A stretch of 64,000 nucleotides of DNA, from the NCBI GenBank assembly GCA_029858565.1, contig JAOUEV010000001.1, positions 1 through 64,000 of the forward strand. The letters are read 5' to 3'. Numbering within the stretch: position 1 is the stretch's first letter; each line of letters starts with the position of its first letter. The translations under genes and the position numbers were made by a program. Under the pieces are notes generated by a model. That model did no database searches, was not told the origin of the DNA, and was given only the letters and a program-made list of their open reading frames with translations. This stretch comes from Nitrospirota bacterium. Lineage in GTDB: Bacteria > Nitrospirota > UBA9217. Below are positions 48,633 through 58,672 of the stretch, piece after piece.

Positions 48633-50084
48633 ATGCTTTTTCAATGGACATACGGCTTCCTCCTCTCCGCTATCCTGCTCCTGACTGGATGCGGTGCCGG
48701 CTATCGTATCGGCGCTGCTGATCCGGGGGACAGCACGCTCGCGGCCAACGGGGATCCCGCTGCACTGGAGACCGGCGGTCCGGCCGATCCTGCGGCCATG
48801 CAGAACGGGAACAATGGCGCTGATGCTCCGGCTATCGACGCGGTAACAGCCGCGGACGGCGTTGTGGAGAGCGATGATGATGGCACGGCCGAGGAAGGTC
48901 CGCTCGATACTGCGCTGGAACTGGTCGAATCTGCCCGCGAACTCTGGGCCGGCGGCGACCGCGATCGCGCCATGGAAGCCCTTGACCAGGCCTATTCAGG
49001 GCTGTTGAACGCGCCGGTAGACGGTAACGACAAGGAGCTTCAGCAGCAGAAGGACGACCTCCGGTTCATGATCTCAAAGCGCCTGACGGAGATCTACTCC
49101 ACGCGCTATACCACGGCGAACGGTACGCACAAGGCGATACCGATCGTGGTGAACGAGCATGTGGAACGGGAGATCCGGTTGTTCCAGACGCTGGAAAGGG
49201 ATTTCTTCCTGGAATCCTACCAGCGGTCAGGCAGATACCGCGACATGATCCTCAAGATGCTCCGTGAGGCAGGAGTGCCCGAGGACATCGCCTGGCTGCC
49301 GCTCATTGAGAGCGGCTTCAAGGTGCGGGCGCTCTCGCGGGCGCGGGCGCTGGGACTCTGGCAGTTCATCCCGTCCACAGGATACAAGTTCGGCCTGAAG
49401 CGTACGGATTGGGTCGATGAACGCCTGGACCCGGAAAAGGCGACTGCGGCGGCCATTGCCTATTTGAAGGAACTGCACCAGATGTTCGGTGACTGGGCCA
49501 CGGTGCTTGCCGCATACAACTGCGGTGAGGGCGCGGTACTCCGGGCCATCCGCACGCAGAAGGTAAACTACCTGGATAATTTCTGGGATCTCTACGAGCG
49601 TCTGCCGCGCGAGACCGCGCGGTATTACCCGCGGTTCCTGGCGACCATTGCGATCATCAAGGAACCGGAGAAATACGGATTCACACTCGGCGAGCTTGAA
49701 CGTCCCGTCCCATTTGAGGTCGTTCCCATTTCCAAGCCGGTAAACCTGCAAAAACTGGCGGAGAAGATCGACTGTTCCGTCGAGGACCTGTCAGCGCTCA
49801 ATCCCGAGCTGCGCTATCTGGCGACGCCGGGCGCTTCCTACGATCTCAAGGTCCCGGTCGGGAAGGCAGCGCTCACCATCGCATCGGTAGACGCCCTTCC
49901 CAAGTACTCGCCGCCCAAGCCCGCCTATGTTGTTCATCGGGTAAGGCGGGGAGAGACGCTCTCGACAATTGCCCACCGCTATCGCACCAGTGTCCAGCGC
50001 ATTATGGACGCGAACAACCTCCGTTCGGGCCGCATGATCCGCGCGGGCAGGAAGCTCAAGATCCCCCTTACGCACGCGTCATAA
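48633..50084 (+). CDS. Lytic murein transglycosylase (MltD-like) lipoprotein with LysM
   Basis: Lipobox LTGC; LIESGF, GLWQFIPST, AAYNCG, ETARY; HRVRRGETLSTIA LysM. Confidence 0.92.
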   Translation: MLFQWTYGFLLSAILLLTGCGAGYRIGAADPGDSTLAANGDPAALETGGPADPAAMQNGNNGADAPAIDAVTAADGVVESDDDGTAEEGPLDTALELVESARELWAGGDRDRAMEALDQAYSGLLNAPVDGNDKELQQQKDDLRFMISKRLTEIYSTRYTTANGTHKAIPIVVNEHVEREIRLFQTLERDFFLESYQRSGRYRDMILKMLREAGVPEDIAWLPLIESGFKVRALSRARALGLWQFIPSTGYKFGLKRTDWVDERLDPEKATAAAIAYLKELHQMFGDWATVLAAYNCGEGAVLRAIRTQKVNYLDNFWDLYERLPRETARYYPRFLATIAIIKEPEKYGFTLGELERPVPFEVVPISKPVNLQKLAEKIDCSVEDLSALNPELRYLATPGASYDLKVPVGKAALTIASVDALPKYSPPKPAYVVHRVRRGETLSTIAHRYRTSVQRIMDANNLRSGRMIRAGRKLKIPLTHAS

Positions 50085-50211
50085 TAATCTCCAGGACATT
50101 CAACGCGGTTTTGCGCAGAACTTACGATGATTTCCTGTGAAAGCGCTTACAGCATTCACCAGGACAGGATCATCATCTTGTGTCGGTGTTGAGGATCCCT
50201 TTTTTTGCAGA

Positions 50212-51390
50212 TCACGCATATTCTCCTGCGGCATGGGCTGAGGCCCAGGCCCAGTGCAGGTTATATCCTCCCAGCTCTCCTGTCACATCCATCACCTCTC
50301 CGATAAAGTAAAGCCCCGGCACTTTTTTTGCTTCCATGGTCTTTGATGACAGCTCATCGGTATGCACGCCGCCTGCGGTAACTTCCGCGATCCTGTATCC
50401 CTCGGTTCCCGCCGGTATGATCTTCCAGTTATGGAGACGGTCGGCAAGTTCCCGCAGATCCTTGTTCGAGCATTCGGTGATCGGCCATGCCGCGAACGAT
50501 GGGTCGAGCCAGGTCTGGACGAACCGTTTTGGAAGCAATTGACCAAGAAAATTTCCTACAGCCATGCGGCTTTGGCGCTTATCCTGAAAGCGCTCGTAAA
50601 TATCCCGGTCCGGAAGAAGGTTGATGTTCACCGGTGCGTTCGGTTCCCAGTAGAGCGATGCCTGGAGCACTGCAGGACCGCTCAGCCCCTTGTGCGTGAA
50701 CAGTATATTGCCCCGATAGGTCTTGCCCCCGCAGGCAACGGAAGCGTCCAGGGAAATACCCGCGCATTCTCTGAACCGTTTTTGCGCCGGGCCGGGGAAA
50801 AGCAGTGGCACGAGCGCGGGCCGGGGAGGAACCAGCTCAAGGCCGAATTGCCGGGCGATCTCATGGCCAAATGAGCTTGCACCGAGGTTTTCATAGGACA
50901 GACCTCCGGTGGCGATGACAAGCGACCGTGATTGAAACGCGCCCTTTCCGGTTGTGACCGTGAAACCCCCTTCTTGAACAATACGATGAACAGGACAGTC
51001 GAGATTGATCACAACGCCTGCGGAAGTGCATTCCCGTTCAAGCATGGCGATAATATCCTTTGCACTATCCCGGCAGAACATCTGACCCGCCTCTTTTTCA
51101 TAGTAGGCGATATGGTGCAGGGCAACGAGTGACAGCATGTCCCGGGGCGTGAACCGGGCAAGGGCTGATTTGCAGAAATTGGGATTTCTGGATCGATAAT
51201 GCTCTGCCGCAGCGTTCAGGTTCGTAAAGTTGCATCGACCCCCTCCTGAGATCCGCACCTTGGACCCTGTGCGGCTGGCATGATCCAGCACCAGCACGGA
51301 CCGGCCCCGTCCGGCGCAAAGAGCGGCACAGAACATCCCGGCTGCGCCGGCGCCGATGATGATAACGTCGCTTTTCTCATCTGCCTTCAT
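50212..51390 (-). CDS. HI0933/YhiN-family flavoprotein oxidoreductase
   Basis: IIGAGAAG, KVRISGGGRCNFTN, LFTHKGLSGP, VTAGGV, GELGGYN. Confidence 0.93.
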   Translation of the reverse strand: MKADEKSDVIIIGAGAAGMFCAALCAGRGRSVLVLDHASRTGSKVRISGGGRCNFTNLNAAAEHYRSRNPNFCKSALARFTPRDMLSLVALHHIAYYEKEAGQMFCRDSAKDIIAMLERECTSAGVVINLDCPVHRIVQEGGFTVTTGKGAFQSRSLVIATGGLSYENLGASSFGHEIARQFGLELVPPRPALVPLLFPGPAQKRFRECAGISLDASVACGGKTYRGNILFTHKGLSGPAVLQASLYWEPNAPVNINLLPDRDIYERFQDKRQSRMAVGNFLGQLLPKRFVQTWLDPSFAAWPITECSNKDLRELADRLHNWKIIPAGTEGYRIAEVTAGGVHTDELSSKTMEAKKVPGLYFIGEVMDVTGELGGYNLHWAWASAHAAGEYA

Positions 51391-51552
51391 GCCGCTCCTC
51401 CTGGGTCTGGTCAACCTACCGCTAACGAGCAGTATCATAGCCCTTTCGGCAACCCTTGACAAGGCACCCGTTGACAGAAGTTGACCGGAGACTGTCAGGT
51501 TACGCAGAAATATGGTATTATAGAATCCATACATCATATCCAGGAGGACGTT

Positions 51553-51954
51553 ATGGCTTTTGAATGGACCACGGATCTTGCCACGGGTAATTCGGATATC
51601 GACAGACAGCACCAGGAGATGTTCAAACGTATCAACAATCTGCTCGATGCCTGCACCCAGCAGAAGGGGAAGGAAGAGATCGGGAAATTCTTGGGTTTTC
51701 TCGAGGATTATGTGGTAGAGCATTTTAATGCCGAGGAAAAAGTCATGACCGAACGTCACTATCCCGGTCTTGCCGCTCACAAGCAGGAGCATGAGCATTT
51801 CAAGCAGAGGATCGCCACGATCAAGAAGGAGTTCGTGGAATTCGGTGCGACCATCCATGTGGTCTTGCTGGCGATCCGGACCGCAGGCGACTGGCTGATC
51901 TCGCATATTCGAAAGACTGATAAGGCAATGGGCGCTTTTCTCAAGGGCGCATAA
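51553..51954 (+). CDS. Bacteriohemerythrin
   Basis: W..DLATG..ID.QH, HFNAEE, HKQEH, WL.SHIRKTD; RBS AGGAGG. Confidence 0.92.
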   Translation: MAFEWTTDLATGNSDIDRQHQEMFKRINNLLDACTQQKGKEEIGKFLGFLEDYVVEHFNAEEKVMTERHYPGLAAHKQEHEHFKQRIATIKKEFVEFGATIHVVLLAIRTAGDWLISHIRKTDKAMGAFLKGA

Positions 51955-52146
51955 GCAGGTCCCTGCAGTGTTCCAGAACGTATACCAAGCCGCTGAACAG
52001 GTTCTGTTCCGCGGCTTTTTCATTCAGCCCGAAATTCTCCATCATCTCGTTGCTTCGATCGGCCTTTTATGCTACCGTAGCCGCGTGACCCCTGCTGAAC
52101 CTGCGTTGGCAAGCGATGAGGAGGTTGAATCATGTTCGTTCCCTGC

Positions 52147-53103
52147 ATGAGAACTAAGTTTCAGACAGCCACGTTGTTCCTGCTCCTGGCTGCAGTCACA
52201 GGATGCGCTCCCTCGGTCATGTTCCAGCAGATCCAGCCGGGCCATCTGGGGGCCGGCCGCGACCTCGGCATTGCGGTCAGCGCGCCGGATTTCGAGGTCA
52301 ACCTGGACCTTGCGGGCTTGCGGGAACTCGCCGCGGTCAGAAAGAAGAACTCCCAGAACCAGGGAACTCCTGCGGATACCGAGCTTTTCGCTCCCCTGGT
52401 GGAGCGTGAGATGATGAAGAATATCACGGCCAATCCGGTCATCCGGCTGTCGACCTCGATCACCCACACGATCGCGGTCTCAGGCGCGCTCTATGTTCGC
52501 GATATCACGACCATACAGAAGGACGAGATCAAGCTCGAGAACCGGGTCGTTGACGTACGGGAGACCGCCACGGTGGACCGGGTGTTCGAACTGACATTGA
52601 ACTATCAGGTCATATCAGCCGCCACGGGGACCACGATATTCTCGGGAAAGCAGGAGGGCGTGCGATCGCAACGCGGCCAGGGAAAGACCGCGCAGGAGGC
52701 GGTCGAACGGTTCGAACCCTGGGAAGATGTGCTCGAAAGTCTTATTGCGCAGGAATCCGGAAAGATGCTGAGCAAGGTCCTTCCCCGCCAGGTCACGGTC
52801 ACGCGCAAGCTCAAGGAAGGCTCGTCAAAGGCGCTCCGGGCGTCGGTCGAGGTTGCAGTAAAGGAAGGGCTGGATCGCGCGTGGCCCCTCTGGCAAGCGA
52901 TCAAGGACAGCGGTGAACAGCTAGCTCCTGCCGACAGGTCCGCTCTATTCCACAACATGGGGGTCTATTATGAATCCAAGGATGATCTGGTCAACGCCCG
53001 GCTGTTCTTCGAACAATGCCTGGCTGCACAGGATGAGGAGTTGTGCCGCAAAGGTCAGGAACGGATAAAGAGCAGGGAAGAGGCTTTGGACACAGTAAGA
53101 TAA
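52147..53103 (+). CDS. Hypothetical lipoprotein with C-terminal TPR-like helices
   Basis: Lipobox VTGC; ALFHNMGVYYE..A...FEQ. Confidence 0.65.
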   Translation: MRTKFQTATLFLLLAAVTGCAPSVMFQQIQPGHLGAGRDLGIAVSAPDFEVNLDLAGLRELAAVRKKNSQNQGTPADTELFAPLVEREMMKNITANPVIRLSTSITHTIAVSGALYVRDITTIQKDEIKLENRVVDVRETATVDRVFELTLNYQVISAATGTTIFSGKQEGVRSQRGQGKTAQEAVERFEPWEDVLESLIAQESGKMLSKVLPRQVTVTRKLKEGSSKALRASVEVAVKEGLDRAWPLWQAIKDSGEQLAPADRSALFHNMGVYYESKDDLVNARLFFEQCLAAQDEELCRKGQERIKSREEALDTVR

Positions 53104-53190
53104 CCCAGGCCAAGAAGTCTAGACGAAGGGATTTTTGTTTGCATATCCGGGTGGTGCGGCCATGCAGGATCGCGTCCGCGCGGTCTGCAA

Positions 53191-54099
53191 CTATTTTGGG
53201 AATCCCGCATCTGCAAGTGCCCGCAAGGGGCCGGTGCTTCTGAGCACTTCCAGCTGCTCCTTATCACGCACAAAGAACGAGCCGGCATAGGCCAGTGAAT
53301 TGAGCGATATGCCTTCCACATGTTCCCGGGAGCGCGGGACCAGCAGCATCCATGTTCGCGTCACGATCATGCAGTAGGGCAGCGACTGGCGGGTCAGTTC
53401 TCCGGGGACCGGCGGTTCGATCCCGACGCGTCCGAGCAGATGTCCGTAGAGATCGTAGGAGCGTTCCGCAGCTTCCCGGGCATCCTGCCACAGTGAACGA
53501 TCAATCCAGCTGAAGGCATGTTTGAAAGAAAAGGCGGGTATCGATCCGATCCCGTCCCGGTCGATTACTGCATCCCGCAGCAGCGGCTCCATGGGCACCG
53601 CAGGGCCCTGGGGATCCAGGGGGAGCGGAACGAACTGCAAATGCTTATGCTCCTGGCTTGCCCCGCCTTCCGGCCCGCCGTTGTAAAATCCCAGCCCGTC
53701 ATATTCCGCCATGCAGACCCAGAGGGCTTCGAAGTCCCGGACCGTCAGCAATGTTTCCTGATGCTCGAACCGGCGCGTGATGATCAGCAGATGATGCTCG
53801 ACCACGTTGAACTTGTTCAGGACGGCGATGTGGCTGTCGGTCACGTCAGACACGACCAGGTCGGTTTCGGGAGGGAGAAAGGGGTTGACCTTCAGGCCGG
53901 CGCGTTCGGCCTTGCTCTGCTCTTTCCGTGCCTCATCTTTGCGGCGCAGGCCGGCAAGGACCCGGACGAGGAACCGGACTCCCTGATCATTGATCACCGC
54001 ATGGTCCGTGGGAATTGGTAAAAGCACGCCGCTTGCCAGCGCGCGTTCAGTTGTCCGGAGCAAATGGTCCCGGAGGGTCCCTTTTTGCAAGAGTGTCAT
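53191..54099 (-). CDS. ATP adenylyltransferase / Ap4A phosphorylase family
   Basis: NPFLP, LNKFNVV..HLL, FYNGG..GASQEHKHLQ, SLNSLAYAG. Confidence 0.88.
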   Translation of the reverse strand: MTLLQKGTLRDHLLRTTERALASGVLLPIPTDHAVINDQGVRFLVRVLAGLRRKDEARKEQSKAERAGLKVNPFLPPETDLVVSDVTDSHIAVLNKFNVVEHHLLIITRRFEHQETLLTVRDFEALWVCMAEYDGLGFYNGGPEGGASQEHKHLQFVPLPLDPQGPAVPMEPLLRDAVIDRDGIGSIPAFSFKHAFSWIDRSLWQDAREAAERSYDLYGHLLGRVGIEPPVPGELTRQSLPYCMIVTRTWMLLVPRSREHVEGISLNSLAYAGSFFVRDKEQLEVLRSTGPLRALADAGFPK

Positions 54100-54279
54100 A
54101 GAGAGTGATCACTTACCATTCGGCAGGATTATACCATATCCGAAGGACAGGGTTCATTGTCAAAAAAGACCGTTGCAAAGTCGGTATGTGCATTCCGTTC
54201 CTGCTCTTGCCGCGTGAGGAAGCGCTTGCCCAGAAACCTTCGCCCGGGGTATCATGCACAGGCGGTAAGGAGAAAGCGC

Positions 54280-55137
54280 ATGATCGATCTCGCGAAAACA
54301 ACAGATGAAAAACTCATCGAACTTCTGTACACCGAAGGAGACAGGCTTTCTCGGACGGTCGTGGAGGAGATCACCGGGCGGCAGGGCATGGTGACGCGTC
54401 TGGCGGGGATAGTTTCCGATCCATGTAACTGGAACGAACCGCTGCCCGCGTGGTGGGCGCCTGTGCACGCTGTTTACGCCCTGGGCGCGATCGGCACGGC
54501 TGATACCGTGCTTCCGCTCTGCCGCGCACTGCGGTATGCCGAGGCCTGCGAGAACGACTGGGTCACCGAGGACCTTCCTTCCATCTTCGGCCGCATCGGG
54601 AACGCTGCGTCAAAGCTTATTCAGACCATGGCCTTTGACCGGACCTCCGGGTGGCTGGTCCGCACGATCTGTCTCGAAGGCCTGGCGGCCATGACCCTTC
54701 GCGATCCTTCTTCGCAGGCAAAGGTCTTCAGCCTTGTGCATGCCGTCTTTGTCGATCCCGGCGAGGACCTGACGCTCCGGCAGAACGCGGGCAGCATCCT
54801 GCTCGATCTCCTGAGGCAGGAATACCGCGCTGACCTCATTGCCTTCGGTGCTCTGGAGCGGGCGAGGGCGGACAAGGACCCCTCGGTCAAGGTGTTGTTC
54901 ACTGACCGGGAAGTCGAAAAGGACTTCGCGAGGGGCGTGATGGCCCGGGAGCATTATGAGCGGGACTGGCTCCGGTTCTATGAACCCGACGCGATCGCTG
55001 AACGGCAGCGGCGGTGGGACAAGGAACAGCTGGAAAAGGCCGCGCAGCCCGAACATCGCACCCCCCAGGAACTTTGCCCCCTGGCACAGGACAAGAACCA
55101 TCGGAAGTGCTGTTTGGGGAAGGTGGGGCTGGCGTGA
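54280..55137 (+). CDS. HEAT-like/DUF1186-like protein with a degenerate C-terminal SEC-C motif
   Basis: WWAPVHAVYALGAIG, TEDLPSIF; C-terminal LCPLAQDKNHRKCC. Confidence 0.6.
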   Translation: MIDLAKTTDEKLIELLYTEGDRLSRTVVEEITGRQGMVTRLAGIVSDPCNWNEPLPAWWAPVHAVYALGAIGTADTVLPLCRALRYAEACENDWVTEDLPSIFGRIGNAASKLIQTMAFDRTSGWLVRTICLEGLAAMTLRDPSSQAKVFSLVHAVFVDPGEDLTLRQNAGSILLDLLRQEYRADLIAFGALERARADKDPSVKVLFTDREVEKDFARGVMAREHYERDWLRFYEPDAIAERQRRWDKEQLEKAAQPEHRTPQELCPLAQDKNHRKCCLGKVGLA

Positions 55138-55246
55138 GGATCAGCCGGCAGGCCGTAAGCGATAAAGGAGCAAGCACGAGAAAAGCTCATGAATCAGATA
55201 CGTGCTATTGCAGCCGGATCTGCGAACTCGAAAGGAAAGAATTGCC

Positions 55247-55432
55247 GTGGTACCCAATATCGATTACAGCCTCTGCCAGGGATGCGGAGGATGCGCTGAA
55301 GCTTATCCCCAGTTCTTCAAAATGCATGAGGAGAAGGCCTGGATCATTAATGCCGAAAAGTTCGATGCAGAGCGGGACAAGGGCGTTCTTCTGGTCTGTC
55401 CCTACTATGCGATCTCGATCGAAAAGGGATAG
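55247..55432 (+). CDS. Monocluster ferredoxin
   Basis: CQGCGGC...P and distal CPYYAISI; GTG start after AAAGGA. Confidence 0.8.
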   Translation: MVPNIDYSLCQGCGGCAEAYPQFFKMHEEKAWIINAEKFDAERDKGVLLVCPYYAISIEKG

Positions 55433-55459
55433 AGCGCAGTCCGGGCCTGTCCCGTTAGC

Positions 55460-56383
55460 TTAACTCGACGGGCATTCCTTGCCGCTGGCCTTTGTTTCCC
55501 AAAGCCGCTTTGCAATACGCTCGGTCCTCTCTCCGTTCTCAACGGTCTCCTGCCATTGCGACGGAATACCCTCGATGCCATAGCGAGCGCCGGCGATAGC
55601 TCCGGTCATGGCGCAGAGTGTGTCGTCCGTCGTACCGCCCAACTCGGCTGCGTTGAGCAGCGCGCTCTTGAAATCCTTGTTCGCCAGGACAGTGTAGATC
55701 GCCGTGGGCACAGAGTTCAGTGCCGATCCCCCGTTTCCCAACTGCTCGACAACATCCTTCTTCGAACAACCTTCTTCAAGGAACCGGAAGACCAACTTAA
55801 GCTTTTCCTGGTAGGGCGGTGAATTGGTGATCAAACGGAGCAGCGCAAGGAATTCCGAGGGGATGATCTCGCCGGATTCGGAAAGGACCGAGAGGGCGAT
55901 CGCGCATGCATGAACGACCGCTCCTTCAAGCGCCAGCTCATGGCTGTGGGTGATCGACGCGCAGTGGTATGCGATATCGCGAAGGGTGCGCGGATCGTCA
56001 TGGTATAGGAGGCCCACCGGAGAGACGCGGACGACCGCACCGTTCCCATAGGAGCCCTCAGGGAAGATGTCCCGGTCCAGCATGCCGAAGCCCAGCCGCC
56101 CGTTGCGCATCATGCGGAAGACCCGGGAGACCGTGTTGCCGTACCTTCGCCAGGGCTCCTGTTCGTAATATCTGATCAGGTTCTCGGTCATGTGCCAGTA
56201 ATGGAACTCGCCGAGGTCGGCAAGCGACTCCGCGACCCCCAGGGACAGGACCGTATCGTCGCTGTACCGGGGAGCCAGGTCCGCGGCTTCAGCGCCTGCG
56301 GCTCCCTGCCGCCGAGCGCCGAGCGAATCGCCTACAGCTAAACCGACAAGACATCCCTTGAATTTTGAGAGTTTTCTTTCCAT
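55460..56383 (-). CDS. ADP-ribosylglycohydrolase family protein
   Basis: GCLVGLAVGDSLG, YSDDT, SYGNGA, ITH, AMTGAIAGARYG. Confidence 0.88.
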   Translation of the reverse strand: MERKLSKFKGCLVGLAVGDSLGARRQGAAGAEAADLAPRYSDDTVLSLGVAESLADLGEFHYWHMTENLIRYYEQEPWRRYGNTVSRVFRMMRNGRLGFGMLDRDIFPEGSYGNGAVVRVSPVGLLYHDDPRTLRDIAYHCASITHSHELALEGAVVHACAIALSVLSESGEIIPSEFLALLRLITNSPPYQEKLKLVFRFLEEGCSKKDVVEQLGNGGSALNSVPTAIYTVLANKDFKSALLNAAELGGTTDDTLCAMTGAIAGARYGIEGIPSQWQETVENGERTERIAKRLWETKASGKECPSS

Positions 56384-56543
56384 CACAAGAGAAAATCCTG
56401 GCAAATGCCGTGCATGAGGCTTGCGCAGGCCCGGGTGGGGCAGGAAAATAACCCGGGTCGTTGGTGCGGGGATATTATAAGAAGTTGGCTCCGGGGAAAG
56501 CAAGGGACGAAAACGGCCGGGGAGGTACAGAGCAATAGTAGAT

Positions 56544-58670
56544 TTAGCTGACCACCTGGCTGATAAAATCATCCCTCGACATCTCAAAGAGCGATTTCGG
56601 CGGGGAGAAACGGTCACCTAGACGTTTCGCGAGATCGTCAAGTTTCTCAACGATCTCCTTTGCGCCTGCATCATCCGCGAATTTGAGCAGCCCTCCGCGG
56701 AAAGGCGGGAACCCGATTCCGAAGACCAGGGCCGCATCAAGCAGGTCAGGCCGGTCAATGATCCCTTCCTCGATACAAAGTGCGGCTTCCTTGATCATCA
56801 GCAGTATTGTCCGGTCAATGATCTCCTGATCCGGGATCGTCTTTGAATGCCCGTTCGTGGACGCGATCAGGCTGAGCACAACAGGGTCCGGACCTTTTCG
56901 CTCCCTGCCCTCGTAGCAATAGAAGCCCTTTCCATTCTTTTTCCCGTAATAGCCTTCCTTATATAACCGCTTGAGCAGGTCCGGCGGTGCCACGCGGTCG
57001 CCGAGTCCTTTGTGCAGGATGCCTGCAACCTTATAGGCGACGTCGATGCCGATCTCATCGAGGAGGACGAACGCTCCCATGGGCATGCCGAACTTCATCA
57101 GCACACTGTCGATATGATCGATGGACTCACCTTCCTCGAGCATTCTCGCTGCTTCGGTCAGGAATGGCATCAAAATGCGGTTCACCAGGAATCCCGGCCC
57201 ATCGTTCACAACCACCGGGAGCTTGCCGAGTTTGACAGAGAGCGCGGATATGGCCGCCACAACAGCGGGATCGGTCTGCTTGCCCCGAACGATCTCCACG
57301 AGCGGCATCTTTTCAACAGGATTGAAGAAATGCATGCCAACTACCCGTCCGGGGCGCTGTGCCGCTGATGCAAGCTCGGTGACCGAAAGCGACGAGGTGT
57401 TTGTCGCGAAGATCGCGTCTGGCCTTGCAACGGTCTCAAAGTCGCGGAGCACTTGTTTTTTCACATCCATGTTCTCGATGACCGCTTCTATCGTCAGGTC
57501 TGCCTGCGCGAAGCCGGCAAGATCGGGACCGCCGGCGATCCGGTCCATGCCGTCCCGTGCCTGAATTGCAGTGACAATGCCTTTTTTCATCCTTTTGCGG
57601 AAGATATCATGCGCGGTCCTGAGACCTGCGCCAACAGCTTTGGTGTTCACGTCCCTGAGCCGGACGGAAAGCCCTTTTTCCGCAAGAAGCTGGGCAATAC
57701 CCGCGCCCATGATCCCCGCGCCGGTGACAGCGGCATGATCGATCGAGACAGCAGAGGTTCGCGCTTCTTTCTTGAGGATCTCGCTGAGGTAATAGACATG
57801 GATAAGGTTCTTGGCAACAGGTGAGGCGATCAGTTGACCGATCAGCAGTGCTTCATGTGCATAGCCTGCCCTTTTCCCATGAATCAGGCCATGGCGTACG
57901 GCATCGAGCGCCGCAAGCGGCGCAGGATAATTGCCGCGGGTCTCTTTGCGGATCTCATTTTCAGCTTTCCTATATATAAACGAGCGGGTCAGAGGGTTGC
58001 TTTCGAGCACCTTCATCGCCAAGGGCCTGCGCGCCCTGATCTTCTTCGGCGCCGCGGTGTCAATGGCCTTTTTAGCCAAGGCAACAGCGGCAGGGAGCAG
58101 ATTCTCCTTATAGGTGACCTCGTCGGCAAGGCCGATCCGCTTTGCCTTCCTTGGATATACGGATTTCCCGGTAAGGATCATGTCCAGGGAATTCGCAAGG
58201 CCGACGAGTCGGGGCAGACGCTGGGTGCCGCCGAAGCCGGGGATGATGCCGAGCTTCACCTCCGGCAGACCAAGAACGGTCCTGGGCCCGCTGCTGACGA
58301 CACGATAGCGGCATGCAAGGGCCAGTTCCAGTCCTCCGCCAAGGCAGGCGCCGTTGATCGCGGCAACTGTGGGGAAGGGCAGGTCCTCGATCTTCTGCAG
58401 GACCTCCTGGCCGTTCCTGCTCAGCTCTTCGCCGAGATCGGCATCAGTGATGTTTCGGATCTCGGAAATATCAGCTCCGGCGATGAAATTGTCCGGCTTC
58501 CCGCTCCTGATAACGAGCGCCTTGATCGTTCTACTTATGGATAGATCGTCAAGAATCCGCGACAGTTCATCCATGACCGCTGTGGTGAGCTTGTTCACCT
58601 TCTCGTCAGGCAGGTCGAAGGTCAGGACGGCGATGCCGTGGCTATCTATTTCATAATGAAATGCCGACAT
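56544..58670 (-). CDS. fadJ: Fatty acid oxidation complex alpha subunit (enoyl-CoA hydratase/3-hydroxyacyl-CoA dehydrogenase)
   Basis: FIAGADI, CLGGGLELAL, GLPEV, GAGIMGAG, TNTSSL, GMHFFNPV, PPFRGG. Confidence 0.9.
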   Translation of the reverse strand: MSAFHYEIDSHGIAVLTFDLPDEKVNKLTTAVMDELSRILDDLSISRTIKALVIRSGKPDNFIAGADISEIRNITDADLGEELSRNGQEVLQKIEDLPFPTVAAINGACLGGGLELALACRYRVVSSGPRTVLGLPEVKLGIIPGFGGTQRLPRLVGLANSLDMILTGKSVYPRKAKRIGLADEVTYKENLLPAAVALAKKAIDTAAPKKIRARRPLAMKVLESNPLTRSFIYRKAENEIRKETRGNYPAPLAALDAVRHGLIHGKRAGYAHEALLIGQLIASPVAKNLIHVYYLSEILKKEARTSAVSIDHAAVTGAGIMGAGIAQLLAEKGLSVRLRDVNTKAVGAGLRTAHDIFRKRMKKGIVTAIQARDGMDRIAGGPDLAGFAQADLTIEAVIENMDVKKQVLRDFETVARPDAIFATNTSSLSVTELASAAQRPGRVVGMHFFNPVEKMPLVEIVRGKQTDPAVVAAISALSVKLGKLPVVVNDGPGFLVNRILMPFLTEAARMLEEGESIDHIDSVLMKFGMPMGAFVLLDEIGIDVAYKVAGILHKGLGDRVAPPDLLKRLYKEGYYGKKNGKGFYCYEGRERKGPDPVVLSLIASTNGHSKTIPDQEIIDRTILLMIKEAALCIEEGIIDRPDLLDAALVFGIGFPPFRGGLLKFADDAGAKEIVEKLDDLAKRLGDRFSPPKSLFEMSRDDFISQVVS

Positions 58671-58672
58671 GG

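Noticed and set aside
51456-51500. Three TTGAC copies upstream of hemerythrin
   Set aside because: Irregular spacing and no clear dyad; cannot be distinguished from -35 boxes or chance
51391-52023. 210-aa N-terminal extension of the HI0933 ORF in the ORF track
   Set aside because: It is antisense to the hemerythrin gene; the real start is at 51390 with an AGGAGGAG RBS
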